Below are positions 24,588 through 31,845 of a DNA stretch of 42,368 bases, in pieces. The notes beneath the pieces were generated by a model. That model did no database searches. It was not told the origin of the DNA and saw only the letters and a list, made by a program, of their open reading frames with translations. The stretch comes from a virus. Made by a program: the position numbers and the translations under genes. The first letter of the stretch is position 1. Each line of letters starts with the position of its first letter. Where the stretch lies: positions 1-42,368 of IMG/VR virus record IMGVR_UViG_3300045988_008159, one strand, 5' to 3'.

Positions 24588-24935
24588 ATGCCGACGATGA
24601 TAACGATGCAGTGCGCACACTGCGGGAAGGTATTCCAGCGAGAGCTGCACAGGATGAATCATGCAAAAAAGTTTTATTGCAGCCAGGTGTGCGCGGCAAA
24701 ACAGGTGGCGCAGGACCGCGAGGGCGTTCCGTTCGAAAAGAAAAATTTCCCGACGCAGACGCGCATCCGGATCATGACAAGGATACCGGTATTTCAGAAG
24801 CTTCAGCCCAAGGTGGGCGCGGTGTATGATGCGCTGAAATTTGAGGCAAGATACGGCGGACACGGAGGATATGTGATCGAGTCCGGCGGGAAGAAGATCA
24901 ATGTGCGGCTGGACGAGGCAGTGGAGGTGACGTGA
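24588..24935 (+). CDS. Zinc-ribbon protein (115 aa)
   Basis: AGGAGG RBS. CAHCGKVF...KKFYCSQVC has the same pattern as the C-terminus of the HNH endonuclease (CSFCGKTY...NHFCGPNC). Confidence 0.55.
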   Translation: MPTMITMQCAHCGKVFQRELHRMNHAKKFYCSQVCAAKQVAQDREGVPFEKKNFPTQTRIRIMTRIPVFQKLQPKVGAVYDALKFEARYGGHGGYVIESGGKKINVRLDEAVEVT

Positions 24936-25192
24936 TGGTGAGAGAAGAAAAGCAATGGGGAGAACGCGCGCTAGAGCTGCTGCAGGCGGATAGAGAGGGG
25001 CGCGTTCTCGTCCTTCCATGCAAGATAGGCGATACGGTGTACCGCATCCAATATGTACAGAAAGAGAATGGACGGTACAGGATGGGCGTTGCGGAGTTCA
25101 AATTTACTCTGCTGTGCCTGTATGAGATGGGCAAAAGGATATTTCTCACGCGCGAAGAGGCTGAGAAAGCACTCGAAAAAATGAAAGAGTAG
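24935..25192 (+). CDS. Hypothetical protein (85 aa)
   Basis: GGAGGTG RBS. The start is ATG 24935 or GTG 24932. Confidence 0.55.
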   Translation: MVREEKQWGERALELLQADREGRVLVLPCKIGDTVYRIQYVQKENGRYRMGVAEFKFTLLCLYEMGKRIFLTREEAEKALEKMKE

Positions 25193-25268
25193 CGCTGCAC
25201 GCTGAACGCGTGGCCGGAGGCTCCGGCCACGCTTTGAACGGGCAGAAAAAACAAAGGTGGGATACAGC

Positions 25269-26074
25269 ATGCAATTTGAACAGGGAAGCCTATTTGACGA
25301 CAACCCGGAGTACGACGCATTTACAGAGAAATTCAAGCCGAAAAAGACAACGGACGACTGCTATACACCGCCGCTCGTCTATGATGCAATCCGAGATTGG
25401 GCGTGCGGCGAGTACGGGATAGATCCGGCAAGCATCGTGCGGCCATTCTATCCGGGTGGGGACTATGAGCGTTTTGACTATCCGGACGGCTGCGTCGTGC
25501 TGGACAACCCTCCTTTTTCGATTCTTTCAAAAATCTGCGAATTCTACATAGACAGAGGGATTGCGTTCTTTCTTTTTGCGCCGTCGCTCACGGTGTTTTC
25601 CGGGCGTTCGACTGTGCTGCAGACGAATCATATCATTTGCGATGCAGATATCACATACGAGAATGGCGCAGTCGTTCGCACGGCATTTATTACAAGCTAT
25701 GGCGGGAACGTCGCGCAAACTGCACCAGAACTGCGCAAGGCAATCGAGCGGGCGATGCGGCAGATAAAGTCGGAGACGAAACGGGAGTTGCCGAAATATA
25801 CATACCCAGATCATGTGCTTACGGCAGCCATGCTGCAGAAATATGCGCACTACGGTGTAGAGTTTGCGGTTAAGCGCGAGGACTGCACACAGATCGAGAA
25901 GCTGGATAGCCAGCGCCCGATGGGAAAAAAATTTTCGGCGGAGGCCTACTGCTATCCGAGAAAGCCGCAGCAGAGAAAGCCGCAGCAGAGAAAGCCGCAG
26001 CAGAGAAAGCTGCAGCACATATATGGGAATTATCAGAGCGCGAACGGCGAATTGTCGCAAGCCTCGGAAAATAA
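25269..26074 (+). CDS. Putative N6-adenine DNA methyltransferase (DNPPF motif); the C-terminus requires a -1 shift at an A7 run
   Basis: Contains TTDDCYTPP and VLDNPPFS. Frame 0 continues into implausible sequence (KPQQRKPQQR...) and overlaps the next gene. The -1 frame after 25925-25931 reads KKIFGGGLLLSEKAAAEKAAAEKAAAEKAAAHIWELSERERRIVASLGK and stops at 26072-26074, just before the Rep RBS. Confidence 0.55.
25958..26017 (+). repeat. 15-bp tandem repeat x4 (gagaaagccgcagca)
   Basis: Three exact units plus one unit with a single substitution. It encodes (EKAAA)4 in the -1 frame of the methyltransferase. Confidence 0.9.
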
Positions 26075-26092
26075 GACAGGGCGGGAGAAATT

Positions 26093-26839
26093 ATGGCAAA
26101 GAGATGCAAACGCCGGATATTCGCCGGAGCGGTATGCACCCAGATCGTTTACAACGTGAGCGAACAGGCGGACATCAAGAGCAGCAAGCCGCGCAAGCCG
26201 CGCTTCGCCACGCAGGCTGAGCGCGACGAATTCAACTCCAAAATTTCAGCGGGGAAATTCGCGGCGCTCATCAACGCCAACTTCGGCCCGACAAGCCTCT
26301 ACTCCACGCTGACGCTCAGCGCGGAGTTTGAGGCGCATACCGTGGAAGAGATCAAGCGCATCCGCGACAATTACTGGCGCAGGCTTACATACCGATACCC
26401 GGAGGCAAAGATCGTGATGGTATACGGGCGCGGAAAATCTACGAACCGATTCCACATCCACATGATCTCCGACGGAATCCCGGAGGACGCCATTGCGAAG
26501 CTGTGGGGCCTCGGAAGCGTGGTCGAGAGCAAGCACCTTCGCAAGCACAACTATTATGTAAACCAGAACGGTGAAAAGGTAGATCATGGGCAGGACTACA
26601 CGGCGCTGGCGAACTACCTGCACGGTCACTGGCAGAAGGAGTTCGGGGGCCACAGATACAAGGCAAGCCGCACCTGCACCAAGCCGGAGCCGGAGCCTGC
26701 GACCGAGGCCGTGCGGGAGTACAGCCCGGAGCATCCGCCGGTCGCCCCGCGCGGCTATGTGCTCGTCGAGGCCAGAGCCACACAGTATGGATACCAATAC
26801 TATAAATATGTATTCGATCCCAAAAGGATAAAAAATTGA
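26093..26839 (+). CDS. HUH-type rolling-circle replication initiator-like protein
   Basis: The three RCR motifs appear in order: LYSTLTLS (motif 1), RFHIHMI (HUH), ALANYLHGHW (Tyr motif). Confidence 0.6.
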   Translation: MAKRCKRRIFAGAVCTQIVYNVSEQADIKSSKPRKPRFATQAERDEFNSKISAGKFAALINANFGPTSLYSTLTLSAEFEAHTVEEIKRIRDNYWRRLTYRYPEAKIVMVYGRGKSTNRFHIHMISDGIPEDAIAKLWGLGSVVESKHLRKHNYYVNQNGEKVDHGQDYTALANYLHGHWQKEFGGHRYKASRTCTKPEPEPATEAVREYSPEHPPVAPRGYVLVEARATQYGYQYYKYVFDPKRIKN

Positions 26840-26862
26840 AGCGGACGGGGGCCGCTTAAATC

Positions 26863-27114
26863 TTGCCTTGTAAATGTGTAGGGTTTTGCGACGATGCCGA
26901 GGGGAGGCGAAAAAAGTACTTGCAATGCGAGCAAAAGTGTGGTAAGGTGCTAGTGAAGGAAGGAGACCGCGTCGTCTGCCCGATATGCGGCAGACGGACG
27001 TCGGTCCGATTACTGGAGTCCACACGGCTCCGGGACTTCCCGCTGTACTGCAAAAATTGCAGGAACACCACGATCGTGAATACTGAGCCTGAGCCTATGA
27101 GCCTGAGCCGATGA
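26863..27114 (+). CDS. Cysteine-rich KTR-family-like small protein
   Basis: VVCPICGRRTSVRLLESTRLRDFPLYCKNCRNTTIVN fits the Cys_rich_KTR pattern. There is no in-frame ATG, so the true start is TTG or GTG and is uncertain. Confidence 0.6.
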   Translation: MPCKCVGFCDDAEGRRKKYLQCEQKCGKVLVKEGDRVVCPICGRRTSVRLLESTRLRDFPLYCKNCRNTTIVNTEPEPMSLSR

Positions 27115-27177
27115 TCTGTCCGCTGCTGCGGAGGTCGTCGGCTGCTTGTGCATCCGAAGGGTAATATGGACGAGCGA

Positions 27178-27215
27178 AAGCCGGATCTCCGCGAAAGCGG
27201 GGGTCCGGCTTTTTT
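27178..27215 (+). terminator. Strong intrinsic terminator separating the early and late regions
   Basis: A long, nearly continuous stem (aagccggatctccgc gaaa gcgggggtccggctt) followed by TTTTTT. Confidence 0.8.
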
Positions 27216-27346
27216 GCATATTTCGGAGGCTGTGCCGGGCGAAGGCCCGAGACAGTACGAGCCATGTTCTTTCCTTCCTACTGGGCGCGGAGTTGGGGAC
27301 CTCCGCGCCTGGCAGAGCTTCCGAAAAACGAAAGGGGGCGAAGAGC

Positions 27347-27856
27347 CTGAACGAAAAGGTATACAAGAGCGCGCGGGAGCTTCGCTCCGCAATCGACCGG
27401 TATTTCGCATCGATCTGCTACCGGGAGCCGGTGACGAGGACGGAGCCGGTGCTGGAGGATCGGGAATTTATCAGAAACGGAGAACGGATCGTGATGCAAT
27501 GCCCCGCGCTCGACAAATACGGACACACGCAGACGGCGGTCGTGCCGGTGATGCGCGGGAAAAAGCCGCTCATGCGCGAGGTATGGACACGGCCTCCGTG
27601 CATGCCGGAGCTGCTGGGCGCGCTGGGACTGGACGAAAAGCAATGGGATGCGATGCGCACATCGGAGGAGTTCGCAAAGGCCTGCGCGCGCGCAGGGGCG
27701 CGAATCGAGATCTACAACATCCAGCGGCTCGACAGCTCCGCCGCGAACGGCGCAAAGTTCCATCTGGAACGAAAGTTCGGATGGGATGAAAAGACAAGCG
27801 GCACGACGGAGACGGAGATCGAGCTTCCGGAGGAGATCGCACAATGGCGAAGATAA
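27347..27856 (+). CDS. terS: Terminase small subunit
   Basis: PELLGALGLDEKQWDAM...ARIEIYNIQRL...GAKFHLERKFGWDEK fits the TerS pattern, and the gene lies directly upstream of TerL. The track ATG at 27146 lies upstream of the terminator. The best RBS (AAGGGGG plus 8 nt) points to CTG 27347, so the start is uncertain. Confidence 0.65.
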   Translation: MNEKVYKSARELRSAIDRYFASICYREPVTRTEPVLEDREFIRNGERIVMQCPALDKYGHTQTAVVPVMRGKKPLMREVWTRPPCMPELLGALGLDEKQWDAMRTSEEFAKACARAGARIEIYNIQRLDSSAANGAKFHLERKFGWDEKTSGTTETEIELPEEIAQWRR

Positions 27857-29406
27857 CGCTCGACTTTTCGCGCATCTCCGACAAGCAGAAGCGCTTCATG
27901 GAAGCGCTGACGCGCTATGTGGCCTACGGAGGGGCCAGAGGCGGCGGAAAAAGCTGGTCCGTCCGCGCAAAGTCAAAGCTTCTGGCGCTCAGCTGGCCGG
28001 GGATCAAGATCCTCATTGTGCGACGGACGTATCCGGAGCTGCTCAACAACCACATCAACCAGCTCAGGCAGGAGCTGAACGGCGTCGCGCGGTATGCACA
28101 GGACAAAAAGCTGCTGACATTCCGCAACGGCTCCACGATCAAGTTCGGCTACTGCGCGAACGACAGCGACGTTCTGCAATATCAGGGTGCGGAGTACGAC
28201 GTGGTATTCATCGACGAGGCCGCGCAGCTCAAAAAGGAGTGGCTGGACGCCATCGACACAACGGTCCGCGGTACAAACGGATTCCCGAAGCGCACCTACT
28301 ACACGCTCAATCCGGGCGGTCAGAGCCACGGATATTTCAAGCGGCTGTTCATTGATCGCATTTTTGAGGAAGGCGAAAAGCCGGAGAACTACACGTTCAT
28401 CCAGGCGCTTGTGACCGACAATAAAGCGCTTATGGAGACGCAGCCGGAGTACGTCCAGACGCTGCAAAAGCTGCCGGAAAAGCTCCGGCAGGCATGGCTG
28501 GAGGGCCGGTGGGATATTTACGAGGGACAGTTCTTCGAGGACTTTATCAACAACCCGGAAGGCTACCGGACACGGCAGAACACCCATGTGATCGAGCCGT
28601 TCACGCCCGATCCGGGCTGGACGATCTGCCGGAGCTACGACTTCGGATACGGGAAGCCGTTCTCCTGCGCGTGGTGGGCCGTCGATTACGACGGCGTGAT
28701 CTACCGCATTCTGGAGCTTTACGGATGCACGCGCGAGCCGAACACCGGCGTCAAGTGGTCTCCGGACGTGCAGTTTCAAGAGATCGCGAAGATGGAGCGA
28801 GAGCATCCATGGCTGGCCGGAAAGCAGATCACCGGCGTGGCCGACCCTTCGATCTGGGACGCTTCGCGCGGTGAAAGCGTGGCACAGACAGCGGCCAGAT
28901 ACCGCGTATATTTCACGCCCGGCGACAATAAACGCATTCCGGGCTGGATGCAATGCCACTACCGGCTGCAATTCGATGAGAACGGGTACCCGCGCATGTA
29001 CGTTTTCAACACCTGCAAGGCGTTTCTCCGGACGATCCCGCTGCTCATGTACGATGAGCACAAGCCGGAGGACCTCGACACGAGCCTTGAGGATCATTGC
29101 CTCGTTGGGAGCACGTTAGTGCTCACGGAGCATGGATACAAGACGATGGAAAGCCTCGTCGGGACGACGGGGCGGGTGATGTCCTCGGACGGAAGGCTAC
29201 ACAGATACGGAGATGTGCGAAGAACAAGAAAAGACGCGGAAATCTTGGAGATCGAGCTGGAGGACGGAACAAAAATTCAATGCACCGATGACCACAGATT
29301 CATGCTTCCAAACGGCGATTGGATACACGCCGGGGATCTGTCGGCAGGGATGGAGGTAAAAACATATGGAAATTCAGAAGATCAGCGCGACGGCGCAGAA
29401 GTTTGA
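27844..29406 (+). CDS. terL: Terminase large subunit N-extein (418 aa) fused to an N-terminal split-intein half (102 aa)
   Basis: Walker A GARGGGKS, Walker B VVFIDEA, nuclease residues YDFGYG and GVADPS. From Cys at 29098 the sequence is CLVGSTLVLTEHG (intein block A), CTDDHRFML (block B TxxH) and GDWIHAGDLSAGMEV, then a stop at 29404-29406. Confidence 0.9.
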   Translation: MAKITLDFSRISDKQKRFMEALTRYVAYGGARGGGKSWSVRAKSKLLALSWPGIKILIVRRTYPELLNNHINQLRQELNGVARYAQDKKLLTFRNGSTIKFGYCANDSDVLQYQGAEYDVVFIDEAAQLKKEWLDAIDTTVRGTNGFPKRTYYTLNPGGQSHGYFKRLFIDRIFEEGEKPENYTFIQALVTDNKALMETQPEYVQTLQKLPEKLRQAWLEGRWDIYEGQFFEDFINNPEGYRTRQNTHVIEPFTPDPGWTICRSYDFGYGKPFSCAWWAVDYDGVIYRILELYGCTREPNTGVKWSPDVQFQEIAKMEREHPWLAGKQITGVADPSIWDASRGESVAQTAARYRVYFTPGDNKRIPGWMQCHYRLQFDENGYPRMYVFNTCKAFLRTIPLLMYDEHKPEDLDTSLEDHCLVGSTLVLTEHGYKTMESLVGTTGRVMSSDGRLHRYGDVRRTRKDAEILEIELEDGTKIQCTDDHRFMLPNGDWIHAGDLSAGMEVKTYGNSEDQRDGAEV

Positions 29407-29878
29407 CGGAGTGACGTATTACCTGTGCGGCACGTATTTCCAGCGAAAGGGACACCGGCTCCACAGGGCCGTGTGGGAGTATCACAACGGAGAGATACCG
29501 GACGGATACCACGTTCACCACAGGGACGGAGATCGGAGCAACAACGACATTTCGAATCTTGAACTGCTGGAAGGGCACGAGCATTTGAGCGGGCACATGA
29601 GCACGCCGGAAAGGCGCGCAGAAAGCGCGGCCTGCATCGGTGCAGCCAGAGAGGCCGCCCGCGTGTGGCACGGCTCAGATGCAGGAAGGGGCTTCCACTC
29701 AAAGCTGGGGCTTGAAAATTGGGAAAAGCGGAAGGTTCAAACATACGTTTGCAGTTTCTGCGGAAAGACATATCAGACCAAGTTCGTTTACCCGCAAGAC
29801 TCGAATCATTTCTGTGGGCCGAACTGCAAGGCGGCATTTCGGCGGAGGAGGATTCGGGATGAAGGTCAAATCGGTTAG
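29366..29878 (+). CDS. Free-standing HNH homing endonuclease between the intein halves
   Basis: It has its own GGAGG RBS and ATG 29366, in a different frame from both flanks. Contains HRAVWEYHNGEIPDGYHVHHRDGDRSNNDISNLELL and a C-terminal zinc ribbon, CSFCGK...FCGPNC. Confidence 0.85.
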   Translation: MEIQKISATAQKFDGVTYYLCGTYFQRKGHRLHRAVWEYHNGEIPDGYHVHHRDGDRSNNDISNLELLEGHEHLSGHMSTPERRAESAACIGAAREAARVWHGSDAGRGFHSKLGLENWEKRKVQTYVCSFCGKTYQTKFVYPQDSNHFCGPNCKAAFRRRRIRDEGQIG

Positions 29879-30074
29879 ACGCGCGGGACGTGCAGATGTC
29901 TACAACATGGAAGTGGAAGAAACGCACGATTTTGTAATACAAGGCGGCGTGATCTCCCATAATTGCGCGGACGAATGGCGGTATTTCTGCATGAGCCGTC
30001 CGGTGAAGCCGATGCTGGCCGTGCCGGAAAAGCCGCAGTGGATCGACCCGCTGAACATGATGGAGGAAAGATAA
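29859..30074 (+). CDS. terL: C-terminal split-intein half (35 aa) fused to the TerL C-extein (36 aa)
   Basis: GGAGGAGG RBS and ATG 29859. The product is MKVKSVRRAGRADVYNMEVEETHDFVIQGGVISHN|CADEWRYFCMSRP. Intein blocks F and G end in HN, followed by the +1 Cys and the TerL D..RY nuclease motif. Confidence 0.8.
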   Translation: MKVKSVRRAGRADVYNMEVEETHDFVIQGGVISHNCADEWRYFCMSRPVKPMLAVPEKPQWIDPLNMMEER

Positions 30075-31828
30075 TGCGTTACCCCGAACTGAACGCGCCT
30101 GCGCAGGAACAGCTGGTGACGGAGGCCTTCGCGGGCTACAACCACAACCTGCGCATTGCCGATGGCGAATTCTACGAGATGCAGAATCTCACATCGGACT
30201 ACTATCCCCTGCTGTCTCAGCGCGCGGCCCGCGCAACGGTCGGAGATTTCTCCGGCATCCAAGGGCTGCTGGCAAAGGACGCGCTGGCATGGATCGAGGA
30301 CGGCGTGCTGTGGTACAACGCGCTGTCCATGGCTCCGTACATGGGAGGGGTGCTGCTCTCCGAGGGACAAAAACAGATGGTGTCCATGGGCGCGTACATC
30401 TGCGTTTTCCCGGACGGATGGTATTTCAACACCGAGGACTACACGGACAACGGCTACATGGGCCATGAAAACCTCGTGGACTGCACGCAGACGGCGCTTT
30501 CCATCAAGGTCTGCACCGTGGACGGGGCCGTTATCACGATCACATACCGGCAGCAGGCCATGCCGGAGGACGCCGCAAATGACGCCTACTGGCTGGATAC
30601 GGGCAAGCATGAACTCAAGCAGTGGAGTTCCGTGCAGAGCCAGTGGGTGAGCATCCCGACGGTATACGTCAAGCTGGAGGCAAACGGAATCGGAGCGGGC
30701 TTCAAAAAGTACGACGGCGTGCAGATCAGCGGACTCGACGGGACGGATCAGATCGAAAAGCTCAACGGCTCCCACGTTTTGCAGGACGTCGGCGACAACT
30801 ACCTAGTGATCGTCGGGATCGTGGACGCGGACGCGAGCCAGAGCACAGGCGAGGTCAAGGCCGCCCGGCGTGTGCCGAAGATGGACTACATCACCGAGAG
30901 CGGGAACCGGCTCTGGGGCTGCCGGTACGGCGTGTCCGACGGGAAAACCGTCAACGAGCTGTACTGCTGCAAGCTGGGTGATTTCAAGAACTGGGAGTGC
31001 TATCAGGGCATTTCGACGGATTCATGGCGCGCAAGCTGCGGTACGGACGGACGCTTCACAGGAGCCGCGACGCTGGCAGACAGCCCGATTTTCTTCAAGG
31101 AGGACTGCTTTCACCGCATTTATCCGAGCGCGCAGGGCGCGCATCAGGTCAAGGAGATCAAGGCCCGAGGCGTGCAGCGCGGAAGTGAGCAGAGCCTGAC
31201 CGTCATTGCCGATAAGCTCTATTACAAGGCACGGGACGGCGTGTGCGTCTATGACGGCTCCCTCCCCTATCTGATCTCGGACGCCTTCGGGACGGAGCTT
31301 TACCGCAAGGCGGCTGCCGGAGGCGTGCGCGGAAAGTATTTCATATCGATGCAGGACAGCAGCGATGCCTGGCAGCTTTTCGTATATGACACGCTCAAGG
31401 GGCTTTGGCACCGGGAGGACGGCATGCATGCGACGCAGTTCGCCGCGCTCGACGATGAGCTTTATATGCTCAGCGCGGACGGGATGCTCGTCACGGCCTA
31501 CGGCTCCGGCGGCGGAAACGTCGAACCGGAGATCCCATGGTCAGCCACGACCGGGATCATGACATGCGGCCTCGTAGGAAAGAAATACATCTCACGGCTG
31601 AATCTGCGGATGCAGCTGCCCGTCGGAAGCGCGTGCGACTTCTGGATCGAGTACGACTCCTGCGGGGAGTTCCGGCACGCCGGACACATGGACGGACACG
31701 GACTGCGGACGTTCCTGCTGCCGATCCGCCCGCAGCGGTGTGACCATCTGCGGTTCCGGATCACAGGAAAAGGGCCGTTTAAGCTCTACAGCATCGGGCG
31801 CGTACTGGAAGCCGGAAGCGACGCCTGA
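30074..31828 (+). CDS. Large structural-module protein of unknown function (584 aa)
   Basis: TAATG overlap with the TerL C-piece. The track start at 29963 overlaps that gene. It is a beta-rich sequence located between terminase and portal. Confidence 0.7.
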   Translation: MRYPELNAPAQEQLVTEAFAGYNHNLRIADGEFYEMQNLTSDYYPLLSQRAARATVGDFSGIQGLLAKDALAWIEDGVLWYNALSMAPYMGGVLLSEGQKQMVSMGAYICVFPDGWYFNTEDYTDNGYMGHENLVDCTQTALSIKVCTVDGAVITITYRQQAMPEDAANDAYWLDTGKHELKQWSSVQSQWVSIPTVYVKLEANGIGAGFKKYDGVQISGLDGTDQIEKLNGSHVLQDVGDNYLVIVGIVDADASQSTGEVKAARRVPKMDYITESGNRLWGCRYGVSDGKTVNELYCCKLGDFKNWECYQGISTDSWRASCGTDGRFTGAATLADSPIFFKEDCFHRIYPSAQGAHQVKEIKARGVQRGSEQSLTVIADKLYYKARDGVCVYDGSLPYLISDAFGTELYRKAAAGGVRGKYFISMQDSSDAWQLFVYDTLKGLWHREDGMHATQFAALDDELYMLSADGMLVTAYGSGGGNVEPEIPWSATTGIMTCGLVGKKYISRLNLRMQLPVGSACDFWIEYDSCGEFRHAGHMDGHGLRTFLLPIRPQRCDHLRFRITGKGPFKLYSIGRVLEAGSDA

Positions 31829-31845
31829 CGCGAGAAGGAGGAAAC

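Noticed and set aside
25958-26017. 15-bp tandem repeat considered as a CRISPR-like or regulatory array
   Set aside because: The units are contiguous with no spacers and only 15 bp long. They encode an (EKAAA)4 helical linker in the methyltransferase -1 frame.
27148-27789. Alternative-frame 213-aa ORF overlapping TerS, plus other overlapping + strand ORFs such as 560-1078, 682-1203 and 33000-34022
   Set aside because: These are Arg/Gly/Ala-rich frames with no motifs, overlapping genes that have clear family signatures. They are composition artefacts.
29640-30074. The 144-aa ORF and the 29963 start of the next ORF, taken as called in the track
   Set aside because: The N-terminal 70 aa of the 29640 ORF overlap the HNH gene out of frame and look non-protein-like. 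The intein C-half begins at ATG 29859 with its own RBS. The next gene starts at ATG 30074 (TAATG overlap).
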